This document shows, in pieces, positions 54,596 through 63,927 of a stretch of DNA of 64,000 nt. Source of the DNA: an uncultured Solirubrobacterales bacterium (GTDB taxonomy: Bacteria > Actinomycetota > Thermoleophilia > Solirubrobacterales > 70-9); assembly GCA_963817275.1 (NCBI GenBank), contig CAWFOA010000008.1, positions 101,454 through 165,453 on the forward strand. Reading direction: 5' to 3'. The notes beneath the pieces are model-generated. The model had not been told where the DNA came from and did not search any database. It saw only the letters and a list, made by a program, of their open reading frames with translations. Numbering within the stretch: the first letter of the stretch is position 1; the number at the start of each line of letters is the position of its first letter. Position numbers and translations under genes: made by a program.

Positions 54596-56750
54596 GAGCC
54601 ACACCTTCGAGAAGACCCCTCTTCCGGGCCTGCTCAACTGCCTCCGCCCGGGATGAGGCATCCAGCTTGCGATAGATGGCCTGGGCCTGAGTCTTCACCG
54701 TGTTCGCGGATACGAAGCTCTCATCGGCAATCTCTCGGAACGAGAGATGGCTGGGCAGGAACCGCAGCGTCCTGAGCTCCGCAGGGGTGAGCTCGGATCG
54801 GTCCTCACCGTTCGGCGTCGCGGCGGCAGCCGCTTCCGTCTCGGCAAGCCAGCGACGGAGCGCCGGTGCATCCTCGACGCGCCCGGCGATCTCCGAGGCC
54901 TCGGACAGCAGCTTCATGGTCTCGGCTGAATCATCCATCAGGAGGCAGGCTCGGGCAAGAAAGACCCGGGCCTCCGCCTGGTACCAGTCCGGAAAGCCGT
55001 CGAGGCCATCGAGCACCCTGGCCGCTTTCCGACGGTCCGCCACCGCCTCGTCCATGCGCCCCTCATGCGCACGGGTCAGCGCTGACGCGACGAAGAAGAA
55101 GGCCAGGATCGGATACTCGCCGAGCCGGTAACGCTCCAGCTGCTCCCTGGCCTGGGCCACGACTCGAAGCGCGTCCTCGAAGTCGCCGCCGTCCATGTGC
55201 AGCAGGGTCAGCTGGGAAAGCGAGAAGACGTGTGCGATTGGAGCCGTGGCAGAGCCCGTGCGTGCCGCCTCCTCGAGCAGCTCGCGCGCGCTCCCCGGAT
55301 CGTCCGCGAGGTGACGACTCGTCCCCGCGTAGAAGCAGGCCATGGACCGCCACGGGCTATCCGGAGGATGAAGCTCGGCCGCCCGGACCGCGTCGGCACC
55401 CATCTGCTCGATTCCATGGCTCGGCAGGGTCGCCTGGAGCAGGAGCAGGTCGCCCTCCAGTTCTGAAGCGTCGACCGCTGCCTCGTCGATGACCCTTTGG
55501 GCGACAGCTGCCCAATGTCGCCCGCGATCCCCCTCGCCGAGCGCAAGGTAGAGGTGGGCGGCGGCGAGTGCGAGCTGGGGGGAACGCGCGACCTTGCCGT
55601 CGCTGAACTGGTCGAGCCAGCTGCGTAGATCCTCTCGCCGACCCTCTGCGAGATAGGACGCCGCCCGGGCCCAGATCAGCTCGGCCGCCAGCTTTCCGTC
55701 GCCCGCCGAGATCGCGTGATCGATGGCCTCCTCGAAACGCTCGCGTTCGGCATACCAGGCGCTGGCACGGCGATGAAGGCTCGGCTCGAGCTCTGGCTCC
55801 CGGCGATGGAGCTCCGCGGTCAGCGCCTGCTTGAAGAGGGGCTGGTAACGGTAGGAGCCGTCCGCGTGATCGAGGGGCTCCAGCGGGAGCTTTGACCGGG
55901 CCAGTTCGCGCAGAACCCGGGCGGATCCGGTCCGCTCGAGCACGTCGTCGCAGATCTTGCCGGCGAGATCCTCGAGGATCGAGGTCCGCATCAGGAATCT
56001 CCGGCGGGCGACCGAAACGCCCGCCAGGAACTCGTCCGTGATGAAGTCGGCGACGAAGCGGTCATCGCCGCCGAAGTGCGCAACATCGGCGGCCGTCGCA
56101 TCCCCGTCCTGCAGCGAGAGCCCCGCCAGGTAGAGCGCGGCGGGCCAGCCCTCCGTCCGCTCGTGGAGCGCGTCGAGGTCGCCATCATCGAGGCGAACGC
56201 CGATCGTCTCCAGCAGCGCGGCGCTCTCGGCCCTGGTCAGCGCCAGATCATGGTGGGTGAGCTCGAAGACCTGGCGGTGCGCGCGCATCCGGCCCAGCGG
56301 CAGGGCGAGCTCTCGGCGTGCAGCGAGCGCGATCTGGCCCTCGGGCGGGAGGGCGGCAATTGAGGTCTGAAGCGCCGTGAGCGCACCCTTGGTCCGGAGG
56401 GCGTCGGCTTCATCGACGGCAACGACGAACGGGCGGCCATGGGAGCTCACGGAGTCGACCGCCTGCACCAGCAGGTTCAGCAGGCGCGAGGGACGATCGT
56501 CGCGCGAATCCAGGGTGAGCAGGGCAAATGGGCGCTCATCCTCTCCTCGCCATTGAGCCAGGAGGGTGCTCTTCGCGTAGCCGGCGGGCGCCGTGATGAG
56601 CACGAGCGGGAACCTGGCGGCCTCGCGCAGCCGCGCGACGAGCCGCGGACGGGGAATCAGGTGCGTGCGTGGCGACGAAGTTCCGGCGTCCCGCGCGGGC
56701 GAATCAAGCACCAATTCGGACACATCACCATCCCGGATTGTGGAATTCAT
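54588..56750 (-). CDS. Large ATP-binding LuxR-family regulator (LAL/MalT-like)
   Basis: It has the N-terminal P-loop-like ITAPAGYAKSTLL, a long helical/TPR-like middle region, and the C-terminal LuxR HTH LTPAELRTLRFLPSHLSFREIADESFVSANTVKTQAQAIYRKL. The ATG at 56750 is the likely start. Confidence 0.8.
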   Translation of the reverse strand: MNSTIRDGDVSELVLDSPARDAGTSSPRTHLIPRPRLVARLREAARFPLVLITAPAGYAKSTLLAQWRGEDERPFALLTLDSRDDRPSRLLNLLVQAVDSVSSHGRPFVVAVDEADALRTKGALTALQTSIAALPPEGQIALAARRELALPLGRMRAHRQVFELTHHDLALTRAESAALLETIGVRLDDGDLDALHERTEGWPAALYLAGLSLQDGDATAADVAHFGGDDRFVADFITDEFLAGVSVARRRFLMRTSILEDLAGKICDDVLERTGSARVLRELARSKLPLEPLDHADGSYRYQPLFKQALTAELHRREPELEPSLHRRASAWYAERERFEEAIDHAISAGDGKLAAELIWARAASYLAEGRREDLRSWLDQFSDGKVARSPQLALAAAHLYLALGEGDRGRHWAAVAQRVIDEAAVDASELEGDLLLLQATLPSHGIEQMGADAVRAAELHPPDSPWRSMACFYAGTSRHLADDPGSARELLEEAARTGSATAPIAHVFSLSQLTLLHMDGGDFEDALRVVAQAREQLERYRLGEYPILAFFFVASALTRAHEGRMDEAVADRRKAARVLDGLDGFPDWYQAEARVFLARACLLMDDSAETMKLLSEASEIAGRVEDAPALRRWLAETEAAAAATPNGEDRSELTPAELRTLRFLPSHLSFREIADESFVSANTVKTQAQAIYRKLDASSRAEAVEQARKRGLLEGVAHG

Positions 56751-56920
56751 TCCCCTAGCTCGATCCTCGAGAGGACACGCATCCATGGTCCCTCTCGGTC
56801 TCTTCTACGGGTCGACCAGCACCCTACTCGCCGTATGAGGGCAGTTAACCGGGAAAGCTCCTGAGACCTCCTCAGTAGTGACTACCTAGGGCCTCCGGTT
56901 TTGGGCGTCATCACGTTCGG

Positions 56921-58321
56921 GTGATGCTGGACGCCGCTCGGAATGATTGGATCGGCATGTGGTTGCCGGATACCTCCGCGGATCAGGCTTCGCACGTGGC
57001 TGACGAGCCAACTGCACCGGATCCCGCGTCGACGCTGCGCAGCCGATCCTTCGTCGCCGTGCTCGTCCTGGCGGCCATCGTCGGGGTGATCGCCTCGCTG
57101 GCGGCGTGGTGCTTCCTGGAGCTGGTCTTCTACATCCAGCGCTGGGTGTTCACGGACATCCCCCACGACCTCGGCTACGACACCGGGCCGCCACTGTGGT
57201 GGTACCTGCCCGTGCTCGCGCTAGCCGGCGTGATCGCAGCATTTGCGATCGCCCGCCTGCCGGGAAACGGGGGCCACATCCCGGCCGAGGGATTGAAGGC
57301 GTCGCCCACGCAGCCGATCGACCTCCCGGGCGTCGTGCTTGCGGCCATCGCCTCGATCGGCCTCGGGCTGGTGGTCGGCCCCGAGGCGCCCCTGATCGCC
57401 CTCGGGGGAGGCATCGGATTTCTCATGGTCCGGGCGATCCGCCCGGATGCGCCGCCCGAACTCGGCACGCTACTGGCCACCTCGGCCACCTTCGCCGCGG
57501 TCTCGTTCCTGTTCGGTTCCCCGATCATCGCGGCGGTGATCCTGATCGAAGCCGCCGGCCTCGGTGGATCGCGGATGCCGCTGGTCCTGATTCCGGGCCT
57601 GCTCGCCGCCGGGATCGGGTCGCTGGTCTCAATCGGACTGGGATCGCTGACGGGCCTCAGCACCGCCGACATCTCGCTCAGCACGCTGAATCTGCCGTCC
57701 TTTGCGCGTCCGGACTTCGTCGATTTCCTCTGGACGGTCCCGCTGGCCGCCGCGATCGCGGTGGCCACATTCGTCATCTTTCGCCTCGCCCGAAAGGCAC
57801 AGCGGATCGCGACTCCCAGGCCGTTCATCGTGCTTCCCATCGTCGGGCTGCTCGTCGCGGGGCTGGGGATCGCCTTCCATCAGACGGCCGACCACGGCGT
57901 AAACCAGGTTCTCTTTTCGGGTCAGGACGCGATCGGTCCCCTGGTGGACAACCCGAGCGCTTGGTCCCTATCGGCGCTCGCCCTCCTGATCGCATTCAAG
58001 GGCCTCGCCTACGGCCTCTCCCTCGGCACCTTCCGCGGCGGCCCAACCTTCCCGGCGATGTTTCTGGGAGCTGCCGCCGGCCTGATGGCGGCGCAACTGC
58101 CGGGATTCGAGACTACCCCCGCTGTCGCGGTGGGCCTCGGGGCCGCGGTGGTTGCAGTGCTCAGGCTGCCGCTGTCGGCGGTCGTGCTCGCCACGCTCTT
58201 CACGGTCCACACTGGACTTGGGTCCGGCCCCCTGATCATCGTCGGGGTCGTGGTGGCATACCTGACGGTGCAGGCGCTCGACGCGCACTCGAGCCCCTCG
58301 GAACCGGCGACGGCGGGCTGA
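56921..58321 (+). CDS. ClC-family voltage-gated chloride channel or H+/Cl- antiporter homolog (divergent)
   Basis: 466 aa and polytopic. It has ClC-like motifs GPEAPLIALGGGIG, GSPIIAAVILIEAAG and GGPTFPAMFLGAA. The first selectivity motif is atypical (GNGGHIP). Confidence 0.8.
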   Translation: MMLDAARNDWIGMWLPDTSADQASHVADEPTAPDPASTLRSRSFVAVLVLAAIVGVIASLAAWCFLELVFYIQRWVFTDIPHDLGYDTGPPLWWYLPVLALAGVIAAFAIARLPGNGGHIPAEGLKASPTQPIDLPGVVLAAIASIGLGLVVGPEAPLIALGGGIGFLMVRAIRPDAPPELGTLLATSATFAAVSFLFGSPIIAAVILIEAAGLGGSRMPLVLIPGLLAAGIGSLVSIGLGSLTGLSTADISLSTLNLPSFARPDFVDFLWTVPLAAAIAVATFVIFRLARKAQRIATPRPFIVLPIVGLLVAGLGIAFHQTADHGVNQVLFSGQDAIGPLVDNPSAWSLSALALLIAFKGLAYGLSLGTFRGGPTFPAMFLGAAAGLMAAQLPGFETTPAVAVGLGAAVVAVLRLPLSAVVLATLFTVHTGLGSGPLIIVGVVVAYLTVQALDAHSSPSEPATAG

Positions 58322-58322
58322 G

Positions 58323-59018
58323 ATGGACAGCGCGGTCTTCTGGGCATTCACGGCGGCGTTCAACCCGACGCTGCTCGGAGCAACCACGGTGATGCTGCTG
58401 CTCGACCATCCGAAGCGGCTGCTGCTCGGCTACCTGTGCGGCGCCATGATGACCAGCGTCACGCTGGGCCTGATCATCGTGTTCGCCCTCGACGGATCCT
58501 CGAGCGGCACCGAGACGGCGCAGTCGACCCTCAGCCCGACCATGGACCTGGCACTCGGCGGCCTACTGCTGGCGGTCGCCTACCTGATCAGACCGGGCAA
58601 GGTGCCGAAGGAGAACGGCCGCCTCGCCGAGCGCCGGCGTCGGCGCGAGGAGAAGAAGAAGGACAAGGGGCCGCCGAAGTGGCAGCAGAAACTGAGTCAG
58701 GGAACGGCGAAAACCACCTTCGTCATCGGTGCGCTGCTGACGCTTCCCGGGGCGTCCTATCTGATCGGCCTGGGCCACATCGCCGACCAGGATGCGAGCA
58801 CGGCGGCCACCGTCGCCATGATCGTTGGCTTCAACCTCATCATGCTGATGCTCCTCGAGTTGCCGCTGCTCGCGTTCACGTTTGCGCCCGATTGGACGCC
58901 GGACGCGGTCGACCGATTCAAGGCCTGGTTCAACCGGCACTCGAAGATCCTGGCCTTTCGCGGAGCACTCGTGATCGGAGCCCTGCTGATCGTGAAGGGC
59001 ACGATCGAGCTGCTCTGA
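58323..59018 (+). CDS. GAP-family-like membrane protein with a basic cytoplasmic loop
   Basis: 231 aa with 5-6 TM helices and a central RRRRREEKKKDKGPPKW loop. It starts 1 nt after the ClC stop. The family name is only my recollection. Confidence 0.45.
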   Translation: MDSAVFWAFTAAFNPTLLGATTVMLLLDHPKRLLLGYLCGAMMTSVTLGLIIVFALDGSSSGTETAQSTLSPTMDLALGGLLLAVAYLIRPGKVPKENGRLAERRRRREEKKKDKGPPKWQQKLSQGTAKTTFVIGALLTLPGASYLIGLGHIADQDASTAATVAMIVGFNLIMLMLLELPLLAFTFAPDWTPDAVDRFKAWFNRHSKILAFRGALVIGALLIVKGTIELL

Positions 59019-59060
59019 CCCGGCCGCTCGGGCCGGGTCAGCCAGCTTCGGCCGGGAGGA

Positions 59061-59237
59061 TCAGTAGGTCCCGGAGCTTGCGGCCGCGCCGCGCGGCGCC
59101 ATCATCGCGCCGATCAGCCAGAACACCGGGAACACGATCCCGAGCAGGAACATGACCCAGTGCCCCTTCCTGATCGACATGATCCCGAGGGTGACCAGCA
59201 GGATGAAATACACGATTCCGAGTCCAACCCACAGCAT
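59061..59237 (-). CDS. Small two-TM membrane protein
   Basis: 58 aa (MLWVGLGIVYFILLVTLGIMSIRKGHWVMFLLGIVFPVFWLIGAMM...). An AAGGAAGGAG ribosome-binding site lies upstream. Confidence 0.45.
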   Translation of the reverse strand: MLWVGLGIVYFILLVTLGIMSIRKGHWVMFLLGIVFPVFWLIGAMMAPRGAAASSGTY

Positions 59238-59293
59238 CTGAGGCTCCTTCCTTGGATGGAGACGGATGGTCGGGGACGATCGGCCCCTCGGGA

Positions 59294-59860
59294 TCACCTC
59301 AATGAGATGAAATCCAGAGCCCGGTCGCTGACCGTGGCCAGCGCGACCCCGCACAGGGCGCCCACGATCACGTCGAGGGGGTAGTGCACGCCGGTATGGA
59401 CCCGGGAGTACCCCACCAGCGTCGCCAGGAGGCTCAGTGGCGGCGCCGTCCACGGAAGCGCCCGCCCCGCCCCGGTCGCGAACGCGAACGCCGCGGCCGT
59501 GTGTCCCGAGGGAAACGAGTGGGACGCGGGCATCCTGACCTGGCGATCCGGCGGGACGGAGGCGCCTTCCCGATCGGGTCGGGCGCGCCGGGAAATCGGC
59601 TTGATGACCAGGTTGACGATCGCCGCGGTCACGGCGACGGCCGCCATGCCCCGAACGGCCGCCCGGCGGCCGTCCGGGCCTGCGCCTACCGCCAGCGCCA
59701 CGGCGCTCGCGATCGAGATTTTCGAATAGTCAGCGGAGCGGGATAGGCGGCTGAAGAGATGGTCGAGGGCGGGCGTGTCGGTCTCGGCGATCGCCGCGTA
59801 GACGGCGGCGTCGAGGCGCCGCAGCTCCTCCAGCGCACTCGAGGCCGAGCCCGTGCTCAC
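59294..59860 (-). CDS. PAP2-family lipid phosphate phosphatase
   Basis: 188 aa. It has the motifs KPISRRARP, SFPSGHT and SRVHTGVHYPLDV. Confidence 0.8.
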   Translation of the reverse strand: MSTGSASSALEELRRLDAAVYAAIAETDTPALDHLFSRLSRSADYSKISIASAVALAVGAGPDGRRAAVRGMAAVAVTAAIVNLVIKPISRRARPDREGASVPPDRQVRMPASHSFPSGHTAAAFAFATGAGRALPWTAPPLSLLATLVGYSRVHTGVHYPLDVIVGALCGVALATVSDRALDFISLR

Positions 59861-60075
59861 CAGGTGAGCTCGATCTCGAGCTCTCGTTCGTCGGTCTCGA
59901 GCTCCAGCTCGACCTTGAGCCGCACCTCGTCGGGGACGTGCACCTTGATCTGCATCCCGCCCCGCTCGAACTCCAGATCGTTGTTCTTGGAGAGCATCTC
60001 GGCGAACCTCTTCAGCCTCGCCGCGGCCTCCTCGCGCGTCACCGTCTCCTTCTGCTCGATCTCCAGGATGTCCAT
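59857..60075 (-). CDS. Amphi-Trp-domain small acidic protein
   Basis: 72 aa. It reads MDILEIEQKETVTREEAAARLKRFAEMLSKNN...ELEIELTW and ends in Trp. It has a GGAAGGAG ribosome-binding site and a 4-nt overlap with the PAP2 gene. The family name is only my recollection. Confidence 0.55.
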   Translation of the reverse strand: MDILEIEQKETVTREEAAARLKRFAEMLSKNNDLEFERGGMQIKVHVPDEVRLKVELELETDERELEIELTW

Positions 60076-60119
60076 CGGTGCTCCTTCCGTTGTTTGGATT
60101 GAAGCTTGACCCGGAACGC

Positions 60120-61454
60120 TCAAGCGGGCGCGGGCGCCCGGCCCGCCGCCACGCCCGCCAGCGTGCGCACGCCGTCCCAGAACCCCTCGGGGATCGCAGC
60201 CGAGGGCGAGGCGCCCGGATGGGCCGGCGCGATCCGCACCCTCAGCGCGCCCGGGCGGATCCTGAAGCGCAGGGGCGGCTCGAGCGTCATCGCCTCGCCG
60301 TCGACTCCGGCCGGGACGGGCCGGCTCGAATCGACGTCGAACTTGGTGGTGGACCACTCGCGCCAGAGCTTCCGCGGCGGCTCGGAGCCGCTGCCCGGTG
60401 GCGCGGAGGCCACGGTGACCCCGAGCACCCCCGCGTCGATCCTGGGCCGGGTGCCCGAGCCGACCGCCCGCCCGAGCCGGTAGCGGTTGTTCGAGATCAG
60501 GAGGGCCGCCCCGGAGCGCTCCCGCTCGCCCTCCGGCCCTGTCCAGGCCAGGTCCAGCCCCGCGCTGTCGGGCCCAAGCGCCTCGGGGACCGTGTTCAGG
60601 ATCGTTCGAAGCTTCGCGTCGCGGTATTCGTCGCGCTGCACCGCCTCGGCGTAGAGCCCCAGGGAGACGTTGTTGACGAAGACACGGCCGTTGATCTCGG
60701 CGAGGTCCACGCGGCGCTCTCCGCCCTCGACGAGCGCGTCCAAGGCACCGACGACATCGTCGCGATCGACCCCGAGATCGAGCGCAAAGTGGTTTCGTGT
60801 TCCGGCGGGGATGCAGGCGTAGGGCAAATCCAGCTCTGAGGCAATCGATGCCACGACTGCCTGAGACCCGTCGCCACCCGCCATCGCCAGCGCGTCGGCG
60901 CCGCCCGCAACTGCGTCTCTGACCAGCTTCTCCAGGTCCGCACCGCGGGTGAGCTCAACGGACTCGATGCCGCGCTTGGCCGCCTCGTCGGCGAGCGAGA
61001 AGCGCTCGGCCTTGCCACCACCCGACTTCGGGTTGTAGAGCAGAACCGGATGTGCGGGAACCGGCGCCGGGGGCAGGTGCACCCGAACGCGGAAGGCCGT
61101 CCTGGCGGCGTAGCCGGCCGCGCCTACACCGGCGACGATGGCGATCGCCTCCACGAGATGGTCTCCGTCTGTGACGAGCAGTACGCCCTGCGCGACCAGA
61201 GCGGCCAGCGCCACGCCAAGACCGAGCAGCCGGGCGAAGCCCTTGCGCATCACGCCATAGAGAGCGGCCCCGATCGCGACCACCACACAGCCGAGCACGA
61301 TCAGGCCGCGCGGAAACTCCATCACGACGATTGTGAGCGCCAGGATTAGGACCGCAGGCGCCAGGACGAGGGCGGCGATCGCAGCCGCCCGCTGCCCCGG
61401 GTTCAGCTGGCGGCCTGAGCGCCGATCTCGACCAGATCGCTCGGGTGTACCCAT
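60120..61454 (-). CDS. Membrane-anchored diacylglycerol-kinase-family lipid kinase
   Basis: It has 3-4 N-terminal TM helices, then VLLYNPKSGGGKAE, AMAGGDGSQAVV and IPAGTRNHFA. The exact start is uncertain because the track ORF overlaps the upstream gene by 52 nt. Confidence 0.8.
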   Translation of the reverse strand: MGTPERSGRDRRSGRQLNPGQRAAAIAALVLAPAVLILALTIVVMEFPRGLIVLGCVVVAIGAALYGVMRKGFARLLGLGVALAALVAQGVLLVTDGDHLVEAIAIVAGVGAAGYAARTAFRVRVHLPPAPVPAHPVLLYNPKSGGGKAERFSLADEAAKRGIESVELTRGADLEKLVRDAVAGGADALAMAGGDGSQAVVASIASELDLPYACIPAGTRNHFALDLGVDRDDVVGALDALVEGGERRVDLAEINGRVFVNNVSLGLYAEAVQRDEYRDAKLRTILNTVPEALGPDSAGLDLAWTGPEGERERSGAALLISNNRYRLGRAVGSGTRPRIDAGVLGVTVASAPPGSGSEPPRKLWREWSTTKFDVDSSRPVPAGVDGEAMTLEPPLRFRIRPGALRVRIAPAHPGASPSAAIPEGFWDGVRTLAGVAAGRAPAPA

Positions 61455-61900
61455 GCGTCGACCAGGTTGTGACCCCCGGCGCGCTCGATTGCGTCCCTCA
61501 GCGGGATCGCCCAGCGGTGCTCGAGCAGGGCGATGCCGGCCGATGTACCGGGCGGGATCTCGTCCGCCAGGTACCAGACGGCGTCGGGGTCGAGGACGGA
61601 GCCTCGCTCGTCCACCGCGGCGGCACCGGCCAGGGCGCCGGCCTCGGCGCCCTCCTCACCTGCCGCGCCAAGTCCCAGCAGCGCCCCGGCCAGGGCGCCG
61701 AAAGCCTCCGCCTCGTCGCTGGGAAGGTCGCTGTGCTCGACCGCCTCGAACTCGCCGTCCTCGCCGCGAGCGACGAACATCAGGTCGATGAGGCGGACGA
61801 TGTCGTGCTCGCGAAGCCGACGGAGCTCGGCGAGGATCTCGCCGGAGAACTCTCCGTCCTCGAAGCCAACCACCAGGAGCTGTACCGGACCGAATTCCAT
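61403..61900 (-). CDS. Hypothetical acidic protein (DUF1269/DUF6325-like guess)
   Basis: 165 aa. It reads MEFGPVQLLVVGFEDGEFSGEILAELRRLREHDIVRLIDLMFV... and has a Gly/Ala-rich central stretch. It abuts the SHOCT gene. Confidence 0.5.
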   Translation of the reverse strand: MEFGPVQLLVVGFEDGEFSGEILAELRRLREHDIVRLIDLMFVARGEDGEFEAVEHSDLPSDEAEAFGALAGALLGLGAAGEEGAEAGALAGAAAVDERGSVLDPDAVWYLADEIPPGTSAGIALLEHRWAIPLRDAIERAGGHNLVDAWVHPSDLVEIGAQAAS

Positions 61901-62179
61901 TTAGATCAGCTTCTCCTTCTCGGCTTCGAATTGCTCGTCGGTGAGGACGCCGGAGTCGTGCAGCTCGCCGAGCTTCTTGAGGGCATCGATGCGGTCCATC
62001 TCCGACATTCCGCCACCGCCGGACGCCGGGGCCGCGTCACCCGGCTGAGCCTGTTGGATCTCAGCGTCCTGCTCGGCCTCGTGCTCCTGAGACCGTGCCC
62101 GCCGCTTGCCGACCGCGTAGCCGGCGCCGCCGACCATCGCGGCGCGCATGAGGGGCCTTCTTCTTCCGATCAGCGGCAT
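61901..62179 (-). CDS. SHOCT-domain protein
   Basis: 92 aa with the C-terminal IDALKKLGELHDSGVLTDEQFEAEKEKLI, which is typical of the SHOCT short C-terminal domain. Confidence 0.65.
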   Translation of the reverse strand: MPLIGRRRPLMRAAMVGGAGYAVGKRRARSQEHEAEQDAEIQQAQPGDAAPASGGGGMSEMDRIDALKKLGELHDSGVLTDEQFEAEKEKLI

Positions 62180-62275
62180 CGCGAATCCTTTCCTTGGTGA
62201 CCGTGACCAGGATCGAATCGGATGGGGGCATCCGACGCATCACTCATTACGGGTGAAATCCCCGACGGCGTCCGC

Positions 62276-62725
62276 TCAGCCGAGAGCCCCGCTGATCTCC
62301 CCGATCGCCGTCTTCTCGTCGTCGCTGACACGATCGCCGCTCAGGCCCATGAAGCCCTCCTTGCGGGCCTCCGCGACGCGCTGCGCGAGCCCGAGGATGA
62401 ACTTCTTGTACTCATCGAGCTCCTCGCTCGTGGCCTTGGACTTGAGCAGGGCGACGGCCTCGGTCACGTTCTTGAGAGAGGCCTCCTTGAGCTCCTCGGG
62501 CGTCTTGTAGCGCGTGTGGTCCATCTCGGGCTTGGCGGTGACGATCTCGTCCAGCAGCTGACTCTCTCCGTGCTGCTTCCGGGCTTCGGTATAGGCCTTT
62601 GCCATCGAGAAGCTCTCGCGAATGGATCCGCCGCGATCCGAGGCGATCACGATCATCCCGGCGCTGGGCGGCCCCTCCAGCACAACCTTCCATTCCTCTT
62701 CGGTGAAGTCGGCCTTTCCAGTCAT
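62276..62725 (-). CDS. Hypothetical cytoplasmic protein
   Basis: About 149 aa from the ATG at 62725, with a GGAGGA ribosome-binding site 5 nt upstream. It reads MTGKADFTEEEWKVVLEGPPSAGMIVIASD... I recognise no family. Confidence 0.5.
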   Translation of the reverse strand: MTGKADFTEEEWKVVLEGPPSAGMIVIASDRGGSIRESFSMAKAYTEARKQHGESQLLDEIVTAKPEMDHTRYKTPEELKEASLKNVTEAVALLKSKATSEELDEYKKFILGLAQRVAEARKEGFMGLSGDRVSDDEKTAIGEISGALG

Positions 62726-62838
62726 TCGTTCCTCCATGAGTTGACGATGTGTGACGAGAAGGATTAGCGCACCGCCGTCCTGGGCCTTCACCCCGATCGA
62801 ATGATCTGAGGACCCGACTCCGCCAGTAGGTTGGCCGG

Positions 62839-63927
62839 GTGCGAAGCAGACTCAGAGCCCTCGCAAGAGATGAGGCCCTGTTCGCACGCCTGACGCGCAT
62901 AGTCATCTGGGTGGGCGCCATCGCGCTGCTGATGTTCGTCCTCGACCTGCTCGGCATTCCGGTCTCCGACTGGATCCGCTCCCTGTTCAAGAAGATCCGG
63001 GAGGTGCCGGCCTGGGCGGTGGTGGCGGGGGTCCTCCTCCAGACCGCGCAGACGACACTGGCGGCGATCGCGTGGGTGGCCATCCTGCGTGCCGCCTACC
63101 CACGTGTGGAGATCACAGTCCGGCTTGTCGTGGCCGCCTATGCGACCTCGGTGGCGATGAACAGTTTTCTCCCGGCCAATATCGGGACCTGGGTGATGCT
63201 GATCATGTTCACGACGGTGATCGCAGGCGCCACCTTTGCCGCGATGCTCTCCGGGATCGCGGTCCAGAAGATCCCCTTCTCGATCTTCAACATCGCCGTC
63301 TACCTCTACCTCTTCCTCTCGGTCGCGGGCTCGTTCTCGATCAAGCTCGGTGGACTGGCCGACCATTGGGTGCTCGTGGTGGCGATCGCGGCCGGCGTGG
63401 TCTTCCTCGCGGTGCTTGGCACCCGGATCTTCCGCAAGCAGTGGCACAAGCTGCGCGAGCAGCTGTTCGTCGGCGGCGCGATCCTCCGCTCTCCGCGCAG
63501 GGCGCTGGTCGGCGTGGCGCTGCCGGAGCTCGGCAGCTACCTGGCGCGGCTGGGAATCATCGCCGTCTTCCTCGGCGCCTACAGCATCCCGGTCACCTTC
63601 CACAACGTCGCGTCCGTCACCGCCTCCAACTCGATCTCGAACAGCGTCTCGCTGACGCCCGGCGGCGTGGGCGTCACCCAGGCGATGAACAGCGCGGCGC
63701 TGAAGAACCAAACGAGCGCTCAGGATGCGACCGCCTACTCGGCCTCCCAGCAGCTGATCACCTCGGCGTGGAACGTGGTATTCGCGGTGATCATGGTGTC
63801 CTGGGTGTTCGGCTGGTCCGGAGGCAAGGACCTGGTGAAGAGCTCCTACGAGCAGGCCAAGGTGAAGAGCGAGGAGTTCAAGGAGAAACGTCGGGCCGGC
63901 CGCTCCACCCGGCAGGCTGCGGGCTGA
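62839..63927 (+). CDS. Polytopic membrane protein resembling the lysylphosphatidylglycerol-synthase TM region (UPF0104-like)
   Basis: 362 aa with about 8 TM helices and a basic C-terminal tail. It contains AAYATSVAMNSFLPANIGTW. The family call is tentative. Confidence 0.5.
   Translation: MRSRLRALARDEALFARLTRIVIWVGAIALLMFVLDLLGIPVSDWIRSLFKKIREVPAWAVVAGVLLQTAQTTLAAIAWVAILRAAYPRVEITVRLVVAAYATSVAMNSFLPANIGTWVMLIMFTTVIAGATFAAMLSGIAVQKIPFSIFNIAVYLYLFLSVAGSFSIKLGGLADHWVLVVAIAAGVVFLAVLGTRIFRKQWHKLREQLFVGGAILRSPRRALVGVALPELGSYLARLGIIAVFLGAYSIPVTFHNVASVTASNSISNSVSLTPGGVGVTQAMNSAALKNQTSAQDATAYSASQQLITSAWNVVFAVIMVSWVFGWSGGKDLVKSSYEQAKVKSEEFKEKRRAGRSTRQAAG

Noticed and set aside
56787-56920. A possible fluoride (crcB-motif) riboswitch upstream of the ClC homolog
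   Set aside because: Only a loose resemblance is present (AACCGGG ... CAGUAGUGACUACC). The conserved GGnGAUGG 5' element and the CUGAUGAUGCCUAC-like 3' element are not there. The ClC also lacks features I could confidently assign to the CLC-F subtype.
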